Positions 13,843 to 25,441 of a stretch of DNA of 64,000 bases are shown here, in pieces. Below the pieces are notes generated by a model, which saw nothing but the letters and a program-made list of their open reading frames with translations, made no database searches and was not told the DNA's origin. Where the stretch lies: NCBI RefSeq assembly GCF_006345805.1, contig NC_043000.1, positions 102,424,001 to 102,488,000 on the forward strand, given 5' to 3'. Each line of letters starts with the position of its first letter. Position 1 is the stretch's first letter. Position numbers and translations under genes: made by a program. The stretch is from Octopus sinensis (Eukaryota).

Positions 13843-15010
13843 CACAGACCTGGCAGAAGTAAATAGACACCCAATAAAACAACGTTATATCGTTATTTTA
13901 ACTTGACATGTTTATGATTCAGGTTCTATATGTGACTTTTTAATCATGTCACGTACAAAAGAAGACTTGGACCTGTCCGAATTTCAAAGAGGCCATATTG
14001 TGGATCAATCTGTATGTGAACTTAGTCACTGTAAAATTGCAGAAAACCTTGGGATCCCGCTTTCCACAGTTAATAGAGTGATTGCGCAATTCACCAGAGA
14101 GGGGAAGGAGTCCACATCACCTCACCCAGTTAACCAAGGCCCTCTGACAGGACTCTTCACTTTGTTAAGAGAAATGTGGAAGATAATCCTCGTTGCAAGG
14201 TCTCTGATATAGCAGAACAAGTTAATATCAGTCCCAGAACAGCAGTCAGGTATCCCCGCAAACTTGACTACTATGGCAGAGCAGCAAGAAGGAAGCCACT
14301 TCTTCGACCAGCCAATATCAAGCGGAGAAAAGATTGAGCTAGTGCGATGGTGGAGAGGCCACTAGCACTTTGGGTCACAGTCATGTTCTCTGATGAGTCC
14401 CGAGTGCTGCCTGGAGACTCTGTGATCAGGAATTTTATGTGAAAAGATCGCAGCCAACAAATAAACGCGGCGGCTATTCTGTAATGGACTGCGGAGCAAT
14501 TTGAAGTAATGGTTGATGTATGAGTGTAACATAAACTCAGATGTGTCCATATTGTAGAAAGAACTCCTTCCAATCTTCTCCAGTGGTGAAATGATTAAAG
14601 AAGACTCTTTATTAATGGAAGATAGGGCTCCTTGTCACAGAGCTAAAAAGATCCAAGATTGGCTGGAAGAGAATGGCATTAAAAAGCTTCCAAGCCAAGC
14701 CAGTGACCGGATATGAACCCCTATTGAACACCTCTGAGGAATAATGGACAGGGAACTACGTAAAAAGAACAAGAAAGTATCCTAAAAGCCAGAACCTTTG
14801 AGATTATTGCATAATACTTGGCAAGAAATTCCTCAAGAAAATATACGTCATCGTATCAGTAGCATGCCTTATAGGTCCTTGTTTTGAAAAAGGCAAAGGA
14901 CATGTCTACTAAAAATTAAACATTCATATTATAATAGTTAATAAATAATTTCAGATTTAAATAAATTTTAACGATTATATAAGTCTCTATTTACTTCTGT
15001 CATGTCTGTG
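13843..15010 (+). mobile_element. Tc1-family DNA transposon, internally deleted
   Basis: TA TSD (13841-42, 15011-12); TIRs CACAGACCTGGCAGAAGTAAATAGACAC / CACAGACATGACAGAAGTAAATAGAGAC. Confidence 0.9.
13946..14900 (+). pseudogene. Tc1 transposase pseudogene
   Basis: HTH MSRTKEDLDLSEFQRGHIV...IAENLGIPLSTVNRVI; ARRKPLL; FSDESR (~14386); DRAPCH (~14620); PIEHL (~14725); frameshifts and a deletion between the first two catalytic Asp. Confidence 0.85.
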
Positions 15011-15180
15011 TAGATGTAGATGTATTCTGTCTATTTATAAAAGTAAATTTAAGACATAATTTAGATTTTGTTAACCAAGGTGGCTATCCCTGGTTCGGAA
15101 ATAATCAGTAATTCGGAAAGACTTTGGGAACAACAGTTCTGAAAAATCGATGTACTTCAGGTTACGTGAAAGTCGTATGT

Positions 15181-15399
15181 GATATTGGTTTCACATTATG
15201 GTACTGGTCCAGCAATTTTAGGGGTTGGGATAAATCGATTGCTTCAACCCCAGTGTACAGCTGGTTCATATTTCATGAATCTGGAAAGGATCCAAGGTAA
15301 AGTCGATCTCGGTTCATTTGAACTCAGAACGTAAAGACGGGCAAAATGCCGCTAAGAATCTTGTCCAGCGAGCTAACGATTCTGCTAGCTTTCCGCCTT
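15181..15399 (-). mobile_element. tRNA-derived SINE (family B)
   Basis: Minus strand reads GGCGGAAAGCTAGCAGAATCGTTAGC...GAGTTCAAATG (A/B-box-like), followed by a body shared with 41218 and 47655. Confidence 0.75.
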
Positions 15400-16045
15400 A
15401 AAGTCGTATGTAATAATAGAATGTTTTAGTTCTATAAAAGTGTTTTTGATACTTTCAATGTTGTAGAGTTTAGAATAAATCTGTGTTGGATGTATAAAGG
15501 TTATTTTTGTGCGAAAAGTATTACTACTTTTTTTATATACAATTTGTTTAGATGTTTACTTTTATTGCTCTTGCCAAAATTATTTTAGTAATGTGTATTC
15601 TTGTAGAGTTTTTGTACATAGTGTTCTTTGCTTGTATGACTGTGATCCTTCGGGCGTTTTTAAATGCATACACATTTATATCAGTTTTATAGACTGCCTA
15701 GTCGTAGTTTTCGTTGTTCTCTGATAGCATTCCCACACGTAGAAGAAATAAAATTCTATATGACGAAACTCCATTCAAGCCGTAACATCCAAGCCTCGCC
15801 ATGGGTTTTTTCTCCTTTATTTCCATATATTCAAAATAACTTTGCCAGAAGTATTTATCAACTTTGAGAAGCAAAGGGAATGTTTGAATGAATATTTGGA
15901 TGCAATTTCTTATCAGTTGAACAACCGCGTGGCTGCTTTGATGGCTCATAAGAAACGCAAGCATGGTATTGGTCATAAACAGAAACACACCCACACTCAC
16001 ACTCACATTCACCTACATAAATGCAAACAAACACTAACGTGGTTA

Positions 16046-16090
<45 letters not shown>

Positions 16091-16705
16091 TATATATATA
16101 TTTACAAAAATGTTTTTGTATATGTGTATACATATATATATGCATATATATGTATATATATATATATATATTATATATATATATATATATTATATGTATG
16201 TATGTATATACATACATACCTATATACATGTTTGAATACGTGTGTGTATGCGTGCGTGTGTGTATGTGTATATGTGTGGGTGGGTGTTAGTGTGCGTGTG
16301 TGTGTGTGGGTGTGAACAAACATACACACACATACACAGATGCATACAATACATTTACATTTTCTAATGCTGAAAACTAAACAGTATACGTGAATAATCG
16401 TACGCACACATGCATGAATGCACATATACGTACATACCCAAATACTTGCATAAATATTTACATATATATATATATATATATACATATATATATACATGCA
16501 AAGTACAAAATAAACAAAATATCATATAGAAAAAGACAACCAAAGAGCAAACTTATAATTATAATAATAACGATAATCAAAATGCTTATTAGCCTTTAAA
16601 TTACTTGAAAATAATAAACATAAAGAAACCATGATTCAGCTATGAACCAATCAGAAAACTTTCACCTCCATAATTGCCTTACAGATATGTATGTGTTTGT
16701 GCGTG

Positions 16706-16763
<58 letters not shown>

Positions 16764-16856
16764 CGCACACATTTGTGGTATACATACATGCATACATGCA
16801 TACATACATACATACATACATACATACATACATACATACATACATACATACATACA

Positions 16857-16888
<32 letters not shown>

Positions 16889-17916
16889 ACATTCTCTGAA
16901 ATGGTAATAACGGTGATCTATAGTGTCACGTGTACTGTTTGGTTTTCTGCAAGTTTCTTGTTTACGCTTGCATTAATTAGATGTTACAAAAATTAACAAC
17001 AACACAACAGCAAAAATTTAATGAAACGAAAAAAGATTTCTTCTTATATATGCTTGAAATTCAGACACATTATACATTTTCTTTTGATTCTTTATTGAAG
17101 TCTGGCCATGCTGGGGCGTACCCTTAAAATATTTTAGTCCATATTATCGATCTCACAGCTCAGTTACGAGATACACAACTTAAAGGAAACCGTTTTTTAT
17201 AACATCAACGTACACAAATATATAGTTAATTACTATATGTGTGTCTGTATGTTTATATATACAATTATATATATACACATATATGCAAATGTATATATAT
17301 TTCTATATGCATACACATTTACACATATATATACAATTATACAGTGTATATATATATATGTGTGTGTGTGTGTGTATATTCATATATACGCACATATATA
17401 CATATGCTTATATCTATTATATGTACATATATATACTTGTATGCATACACATTTACGCATACATATACAATTATACATATGTATATATATACATATATAT
17501 ACATATATATATGTGTATTTATACATATGGATATGTATATATATATATGTGTGTGTGTGTGTATGTGTATGCATGTATATATGTGTGTATATATATATAG
17601 ATATGTGCGTATACATTCATACATATATACATAGAAGCATATATACATACATATATATATTTGATTTATTCTGTCTCGTATTTAAACCAGTAACGAGCCT
17701 ATGGCTAGCGTAGCGCTCATTGTATTTATTACTGATAATTTGGGATAAACACTGCTATAAAAGATTCAATATAAATTAATTTATATGAATTCATTATTTA
17801 TCTTAATTAGGCAATTATAAAATTGACGATATTTATATATTTATTCCTCATGAAACAGCTGTTGATTGTAATTTAATTATGATCTATCGATGAAAATTTT
17901 ATGTTTTCTGCTTTTT

Positions 17917-17959
<43 letters not shown>

Positions 17960-18444
17960 TGTGTGTGTGTATGCACAAGCTCATATTGATTTCTTTTGAT
18001 CTGATAATGTGTTAAATTCTGTAAAGTTTTTCGCCCCGCTCAATTTAATCGACTACACAATACCACTTCACCATTAACTTGAAACAGAAATTCGTACAAA
18101 CTCGTCACTCTTTCAAATTCTTCGTTGCTCCGCATGCAACACATCACCAAATGCAGCAGACTTATGTTCACTCTTGCACATGTTAATCGTTAACCAGATG
18201 ACGTGGCATAGTTTAATTATCATTAGATATAGATCGAGGTCACTTGGATACAGGAATGCGGACACGAGCACGCTGCGACGATTGATTGACGCACTGCTTT
18301 TATAAATTGGGTTCTTTTCTAATAGCTCTCATATAAATTTACGTGTGTGTATGTGTGTGTTATACGTATGTACGTTTGTATATGTATATGCATATATATA
18401 TATATATCATATATATATCATATATATATATATCATATATATAT

Positions 18445-18484
<40 letters not shown>

Positions 18485-18540
18485 CTTAAAAAGGGTGTAA
18501 AAGTGTACGTTTGCTGCTATATGTATATATACATATAAAT

Positions 18541-19075
18541 AACTGGAACAAGAATGCAACAGTCGACAATAAAACATCCACACAGATAGGCGATACGAAG
18601 ACGGACAGGACAAATCAAGGACGGGCCATTCGTGGTCTTCTCTTCTCAGTCTCCTAATATTTATCTCTTATGTTCATCTATGTTCCTGCCTCAAGGCTTT
18701 CAGTCCTCACACGCCAGTTCAACTTGATTCGTCTCGATTAGTCGAAAGGCACCTGTTGTTATTTTCTTGTTATTTGTATTTGTAATTGTGTAACATTTTC
18801 TCCGTTTTTTCGGAGGTTTTATTTGGGGTTTTTTGCCTTGGTTGTCATACACAGTCGCTTGCTTTCTCCCCAAAATATTTAACGCTCTTAGCTTGGATTT
18901 TTGGGGCCAACCAAATTTGAACAGTCTTAAGTGTAACCAGCCGAAACTGTAAGGATAATCTGGAAACTTGACTGATGAGAGAAAGCCACGAATGGCCCGT
19001 CCTTGTCTTGTCCTTTCCGTCTTTTTGTTGTTTTTCCTCTCCGTCTTCGCATCGTCTATCTGTCCTCGAGTGTAC
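18541..19075. repeat. Inverted pair of family-X repeats (18541-18652 and 18700-19075)
   Basis: GGACGGGCCATTCGTGG...TCAGTC is present in both orientations; homologous to 24301-24630, 25097-25441 and 52660-52930. Confidence 0.7.
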
Positions 19076-19189
19076 AAAGCCTTGAGAGTGGATATTATGT
19101 TGTGTATATTATGTGTGCGTTTGTGTGTATATGTGTGTATATGTGTATGTGTGTGCTTGTGTGTGCGCGCGTGAGTGTGTGCCTTTGAA

Positions 19190-19385
19190 TAAGTGTTTGC
19201 CCCACCACCACCGCTTTACTTCCCTGTATCTTAGCAATTTCGCAAAAGAGACCGATAGAATAAATACCAGGCTTTTAAAAAATAAGCGCAGGGGTTAATT
19301 CATTCGACTAAAAATTCTTCAAGATGGTATCCCAGCATGGCCGCAGTCTAATGAATGAAACAAGTAAAACAAAAAAGATAAAAGT
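19190..19385 (+). mobile_element. SINE family A-type 3' tail fragment
   Basis: GCAAAAGAGACCGATAGAATAA...CAGCATGGCCGCAGTC...GAAACAAGTAAAA. Confidence 0.7.
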
Positions 19386-19726
19386 TAACAAATTCCAGAA
19401 GGAAAGTTTTCTGTTAGTCACTGGTTAATACTTTGATTTCCAATTAGTGTAATTTTTTTTATCTGTTACGTCTAATTTCCCTTTGTATTCTTTATTCGTC
19501 TAGACGCACTCACTTATTCAATAAATAAATTTAAAATGATAACAATCACTCAAAACAGTGTTAAAATTTATGAAGAAACCATGTGCTATGTTGACTCAGC
19601 CTTTTAAATGTTTCATCATATATAGACATGTTAGAAGATTCCGTAACATTCCATGACAGTGGAATGCACACTTAGTATGTACTGGTAAAAATCATATTGA
19701 AAGACTTACTGGTGTGTGTATGTATA

Positions 19727-19769
<43 letters not shown>

Positions 19770-20419
19770 ATATATTGGAACAAAAACCTATACAAACACA
19801 CAGTCTAATACAGGCAGGAGGGAGAGAAAAAGAGAGTGAGTTGCTAGGAAAGAAAATGAATGTGACAGTGTGTTGAGGAAGGCAAAAAAAAGTATATGTT
19901 GAATTGAAAATTTCTAATATGGAAACAAACAGCGTATTATGTAAATTGTGTTATACACATTTGTGTATAGCCGTACGAAACAAGAAATGAAATTTCTCAA
20001 GTTCCGAAATGAATGACTTGGCAAGTGTTATGAACAATGTGAGTGTGTGGTATAGAGAAAGAGGCAGACAGAAAGGAGGAAGATTTTCAAAAATATTTCA
20101 ATATATTATCTAACAATGTATGCTAAATTTTAATGATAGAGAAGGAGAGAGAGAGAGTAACAAAGCAGCAAACAAAAAGCAAGGTGTATGCCACACTGAG
20201 AATATAAATATATTTCGTGATTCATAGCAGTAAATAAAAAAATGTATTTTATAATTGAGGCATATACCTGAATCTTCAATTATAAAACCTATCTAAAACT
20301 CATATTTTGATAAAAACGATCGTTGTGATAAATAAAGAAATAAAGTTTCCAGTATACACTGTCTTCCGTATCAATTACTTAGAATATTATATATAATATA
20401 TGTATATATATATGTATAG

Positions 20420-20471
<52 letters not shown>

Positions 20472-20492
20472 ATATAAGTATATATATATTAT

Positions 20493-20564
<72 letters not shown>

Positions 20565-20645
20565 TGTATATATATATAATATATATATATGTGTGTGTGT
20601 GTATATATATACATATATATGTATATATATATATATGTATATATA

Positions 20646-21003
20646 TAGGCGCGGTTGTGGCTGTGTGTTAAGTTGCTTGCTTACCAATTACATAGTTCCG
20701 GGTTCAGTCCCACTGCGTGGCACCTTCGGCAAGTGTCTTCTACTATAGTCTTTTTCGTAGATGGAAACTGAAAGAAGCCCGTCGTATATATGTATATGTT
20801 TGTGTGTCTGTGTTTGTCCCCCCAACATCACTTTACAACCGATGCTGGTGTGTTTACGTCCCCGTAACTTAGCGGTTCTGCAACAGAGATCGGTAGAATA
20901 AGTATTAGGCTTACAAAGAATAAGTCCTGGGGTCTTGTTCGACTAAAGGCGGTGCTACAGCATGGCCGCAGTCAAATGACTGAAACAAGTAAAGGAGTAA
21001 AGA
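20646..21003 (+). mobile_element. tRNA-derived SINE (family A)
   Basis: Head, body, central (TA/TG) tract and tail as at 2611. Confidence 0.9.
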
Positions 21004-21194
21004 GTATATAAATAATATATATATATATCGTGACGTATATTTGCCATCTCAATATGGCTACCCCTAAGGGTGGATGCTACTGTAGTTTTTAGCCCCAGGA
21101 GGACACACTCCTCCAGCTGGCCATAGACACACTTTCTGTGTCCTGTCAGTATTTGCAAAGGGAAGTCATCCTTCCCCGTCTTCAACTTATGATA

Positions 21195-21239
21195 CACACG
21201 GACTCGAGTTTCGAGGTATTGACCTCTCGTCAGCGTGTG
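21195..21239 (-). ncRNA. Type I hammerhead ribozyme (copy 1)
   Basis: CACACG CUGACGA GAGGU CAAU ACCUC GAA ACU CG AGU C CGUGUG; all core nucleotides canonical; predicted cut between 21201 and 21200. Confidence 0.92.
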
Positions 21240-21551
21240 ACAATCATAGTTGTCGGCGAGAATTAGATTTCCTTCACAAATACTTATACTTTTTCCAGCG
21301 TCCACTGTCGCTGATATTGAAAAAGTGAAATCAAACAATGATAAATATCAAAGTGAGTTATATACAGTAGCGGTAACACATAGGGGTAGCCATATTGAGA
21401 TGGCAAATATACGTCACGATGTGTTACCGCTACTGTATCTATGATTGTCACACGCTGAGTTATATACAGTAGCGGTAACACATAGGGGTAGCCATATTGA
21501 GATGGCAAATATACGTCACGATGTGTTACCGCTACTGACAACTATGATTGT

Positions 21552-21596
21552 CACACGCTGACGAGAGGTCAATACCTCGAAACTCGAGTCCGTGTG
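21552..21596 (+). ncRNA. Type I hammerhead ribozyme (copy 2)
   Basis: Stem I CACACG/CGUGUG, stem II GAGGU/ACCUC, stem III ACU/AGU (palindrome ACUCGAGU), GUC cut after 21590; stem I extends (CAAC-UAUGAU / AUCAUA-GUUG) to 21539-21608. Confidence 0.93.
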
Positions 21597-21895
21597 TATC
21601 ATAAGTTGAAGACGGGGAAGGATGACTTCCCTTTGCAAATACTGACAGGACACAGAAAGTGTGTATTGGAGGAGTGTGTCCTCCTGGGGCTAAAAACTAC
21701 AGTAGCATCCACCCTTAGGGGTAGCCATATTGAGATGGCAAATATACGTCACGATGTGTTACCGCTACTGTATATAACTCACTTTGATATTTATCATTGT
21801 TTGATTTCACTTTTTCAATATCAGCGACAGTGGACGCCGGAAAAAGTATAAGTATTTGTGAAGGAAATCTAATTCTCGCCGACAACTATGATTGT

Positions 21896-21940
21896 CACAC
21901 GCTGACGAGAGGTCAATACCTCGAAACTCGAGTCCGTGTG
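21896..21940 (+). ncRNA. Type I hammerhead ribozyme (copy 3)
   Basis: Identical to copy 2; cut after 21934, 344 nt downstream of the copy 2 site. Confidence 0.93.
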
Positions 21941-22247
21941 TATCATAAGTTGAAGACGGGGAAGGATGACTTCCCTTTGCAAATACTGACAGGACACAGA
22001 AAGTGTGTCTTGGAGGAGTGTGTCCTCCTGGGGCTAAAAACTACAGTAGCATCCACCCTTAGGGGTAGCCATATTGAGATGGCAAATATACGTCACGATG
22101 TGTTACCACTACTGTATATAACTCACTTTGATATTTATCATTGTTATATATATATAATTTAAAGACAAACCGCTATTTAGTTATTCAATCAATAGTGAAA
22201 AGATATTATCTATAACACACACACACACACACACATATCTATATATA

Positions 22248-22307
<60 letters not shown>

Positions 22308-22530
22308 GTGAATTTTTGATTTAGTGTGCTAAATTGAAATTTTTTCTCTGTTGGGTTGGAATCTTTATATTCGATAACTATTAATAATACATATATATAT
22401 ATTTATTTATTTATTCATAGACAGATAGATAGATAGATAGATTATATGTGTGTATATATATATATTTTTTTCTAGTCTCAGCTCAGAGCTGCGGCCATGC
22501 TGATGCACCGCCGTTATTATTTGTTTTTGG

Positions 22531-22576
<46 letters not shown>

Positions 22577-22939
22577 TATATATATATATATATTATATAT
22601 ATATATATTATATATATAAAGAGAGAGAGAGAGAGAGATTCGGATGAATAAAGTACATAAGTTGAGGCACCAGAATTTAGTACGATATTTTCCATACAGT
22701 TTCAAAGTAAGGTGATTAAAATCAAAATAAGCAACAGGATATCGAGAGGTAGTGCAGTACGATCGTCTCAAGTGACTCCAATTAAATTGAACAATGCAAC
22801 CATTACATCAATTTAAATGCAGAGCAATCCTCAGCTGCATAAGTGCCTATAACCAAAAACAAAAAATCCGAACATATGATCAACCTTTATTTACATTATT
22901 TACATTCGACGGATATTTGTCCTCATCTTGTTTGTTGTT

Positions 22940-22983
22940 AACACGTTTCGGCTGATATACCATCCAGCCTTCTTCAGGTGTCT
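22940..22983 (-). ncRNA. Minimal type I HHR of family H (cleavage site damaged)
   Basis: AGACAC CUGAAGA A GGCUG-loop-CAGCC GAAAC GUGUU; 3 nt missing relative to GAAACGUUGUGUU in the sister copy. Confidence 0.6.
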
Positions 22984-23053
22984 TGGGGAAATTTCGAAAC
23001 TGCGTTCTCATTCCTTTGTTATTTTTCGATGTTATTATTATTATTATTATTAT

Positions 23054-23092
<39 letters not shown>

Positions 23093-23108
23093 CAGCAGCA
23101 GTAGTAGC

Positions 23109-23151
<43 letters not shown>

Positions 23152-23380
23152 TTCAGATCACTGCTTGGAAGAGAACTCAGAATTTTAGGGTTAGTAGCCA
23201 GTGCTCTTAACCACTACACCATATGCCCGTGGGCGTCATGGTTAAGAGCGCGGGCTACTAACCCCAAGATTCCGAGTTCGATTCCAAGCAGTGACCTAAA
23301 CAATAATAATAACGATGATGATGATGATGATAACATCTAAAAATACCTTAGGAATGAGAACGCAGGTTCGAAATTCCTCA

Positions 23381-23427
23381 AGACACCTTAAGCAGGCTGG
23401 AGGGAATATCAGCCGAAACGTTGTGTT
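23381..23427 (+). ncRNA. Minimal type I HHR of family H (core mutated)
   Basis: AGACAC CUUAAGC A GGCUG-loop-CAGCC GAAAC GUU GUGUU; stems intact and palindromic AACGUU present, but the core reads CUUAAGC instead of CUGAAGA. Confidence 0.55.
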
Positions 23428-24002
23428 AACAACAAACAAGATGAGGACAAATACGCGTCGAATGTAAATAACGTAAATAATGCATGTAATTTCTCATCTC
23501 TTAAGTATAGAACTGGATCAACCTTTAGTCCAATTGCATATACCTGTCACGTAAATTCGCGTGAATATTTCACGGAACTTCAATGATGCACATGCGTTAA
23601 ATTATATGTGAATTAAAAAAACAAACTTAGTTCAATTTTTAAAAAATACACTTTTCACTATCCAGTGACCACCAACACCACCACCTCAGTCCCCCCACCC
23701 CACCACCATTATCATGTTTCTCTCCCCTTTCTCCCTCCTCCCTCTCTCTTCCTCCTCTCTCTCCTCTCTCTGTGCCTTTATCTAACCTCACCATCAGAAC
23801 ATCACCCTTCAGCTAAACTTATATTTCCTCAACCTTTTTTTTAACCACGTAATAAATATTATGCTCCCCTACCTCGCGTCATGAGCGCTTCTCTCTCCCT
23901 CTTCTTATTTCTACCTCTTTTGGTGTCAGTCTTCGCTCTAACTCTTTTTTCTCTCTGCTTTTTCTTTCTCCTCACTTTCTCTTCAACTAAATACGTGAAC
24001 AC

Positions 24003-24236
24003 AGTTTAACGCAGGTGTAATTTAAATACTTTTACTTCCGACACATGTTTCGAAGATATCACTGATATTATTCTAAAGGAATAAAATGGTGTAAAACAAT
24101 GTAATCTTCTCTTCAGGGAAGTGAAGAAATGAAACTCATCAATAAGACATTTTAACAGAAAATGATGGATATGTATAGTGATTTACTGAACGCTATTAAT
24201 ATTGTTTGAAAAAACGTTATATGATATGTATATATA
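24003..24236 (-). repeat. Inverted copy of the PLE 3' terminal (pLTR) region
   Basis: Reverse complement of about 26717-26899, with ~40 extra nt (about 24117-24157) absent from the right copy. Confidence 0.85.
24034..24122 (-). ncRNA. Type I hammerhead ribozyme of the PLE terminal repeat
   Basis: ACUUCC CUGAAGA GAAGAU-(~50-nt loop)-AUCUUC GAA ACA UG UGU C GGAAGU; 6-bp stems I and II, palindromic ACAUGU in stem III, GUC cut between 24040 and 24039. Confidence 0.85.
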
Positions 24237-24249
24237 TATATATAGATAT

Positions 24250-24281
<32 letters not shown>

Positions 24282-24300
24282 ATATATATATATATATATA

Positions 24301-25441
24301 ATAGGTAAACGTTAAAAAAACACAAACTGGGACAAGACGTGAAACATTTTGAAGACGGCAAAAAAAACACACAGAAGCTCTCAGTCATCAGTCAAGACCA
24401 GATCATCTTCGCAATTTCGGCTGATTAATCCTGAGATTGCTCCAATCTGGGCAGCCAACCAAGGGAAATCTAAGCCAATCGCATTAGATTCCTTGGAAGA
24501 AAACCTCGAAGTATACAACACGGTGACGGAAAAACGGACGATGTTACTCGAAAAAAAATTCAAAAATACGTAAAAACATAAAGAAAGCACGGATAAAAAT
24601 ACAAAATAACGTAAAAACAATCATAACAAAACCAGGACGTCAGGACAGCGTCTTTCGACAGGACGAGTTGAGTATAGGGCTGGCTGTGGTAAAAATGCCT
24701 GAAGGCAAACGGAGCACAAACACATACGTGTGGTCAAGCCAACTACTTGATGCGAAAGGCAGTAGTAGCTAGCTGGTCACGTGAGCACAAAAAGGAGGAA
24801 GGGACAGATGAAGAGAGAAGCAGGAGAGGGAAAGGGACAGGTCAAGTGGGGTATAAGGTCTGAGAGGCAGAGAAATGTGGGAGAGGAGGGACGGAGGAAG
24901 AGAGAAAGAAAGAAGGGGAACAAGGGAGGAGAAGAAAAAGAGGGAAAGAGACAGAACAAGGGGAGTGAAAAGGGTGAAGGCAGAGAAAAGTAGGAGAGGG
25001 GGGAAAAAGAGACAGAGAAGTAGAGTCGCACCAATGTTAGAGAGTAATATACTTACAGTATAGGGTTAAGGGGTAGGGTACGTAGCCGCCATGTATATAG
25101 GTAAACGTTAAAAAAACACAAACTGGGACAAGAACGTGAAACATTTTGAAGACGGCAAAAAAAACACACAGACGGGACTTTCGAAGCTCTCAGTCATCAG
25201 TCAAGAACCAGATCATCTTCGCAATTTCGGCTGATTAATCCTGAGATTGCTCCAATCTGGGCAGCCAACCAAGGGAAATCTAAGCCAATCGCATTAGATT
25301 CCTTGGAAGAAAACCTCGAAAGTATACAACACGGTGACAGAAAAACGGACGATGTTACTCGAAAAAAAATTCAAAAATACGTAAAAACAATAAAGAAAGC
25401 ACGGATAAAAATACAAAATAACGTAAAAACAATCATAACAA
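24301..25441. repeat. Direct repeats of family X (24301-24630, 25097-25441) around a unique ~465-bp spacer
   Basis: Near-identical ~330-345-bp copies; the first lacks GACGGGACTTTC; the spacer contains a purine-rich tract. Confidence 0.9.

Larger units (their letters stand above)
21027..22143. mobile_element. Non-LTR retrozyme-like array: one inverted 353-bp monomer (21027-21381), a rearranged linker, and ~1.75 tandem 344-bp monomers (21537-22143)
   Basis: GACAACTATG recurs at 21537 and 21881 (period 344); 21027-21381 is the reverse complement of one full permuted unit; one HHR per unit; no coding capacity recognised; (TA)n on both flanks. Confidence 0.88.
22890..23515. mobile_element. Head-to-head dimer of a tRNA-headed, HHR-bearing SINE (family H)
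   Basis: Minus copy about 22890-23229 and plus copy about 23232-23515; both have an A/B-box head, an (AAT/ACT)n spacer and the same body; whole unit flanked by a 12-bp direct repeat GATCAACCTTTA (22878-22889, 23516-23527). Confidence 0.85.

Noticed and set aside
21027-22143. CRISPR-like or satellite interpretation of the repeated segments
   Set aside because: No constant short repeat with unique spacers; whole-unit repeats with a ribozyme explain it, and the context is eukaryotic.
25165-25210. Canonical hammerhead in family X (CUGAUGA...GAAA...GUC on the minus strand)
   Set aside because: No stem I, and stem III cannot pair; kept only as an atypical motif in the findings.
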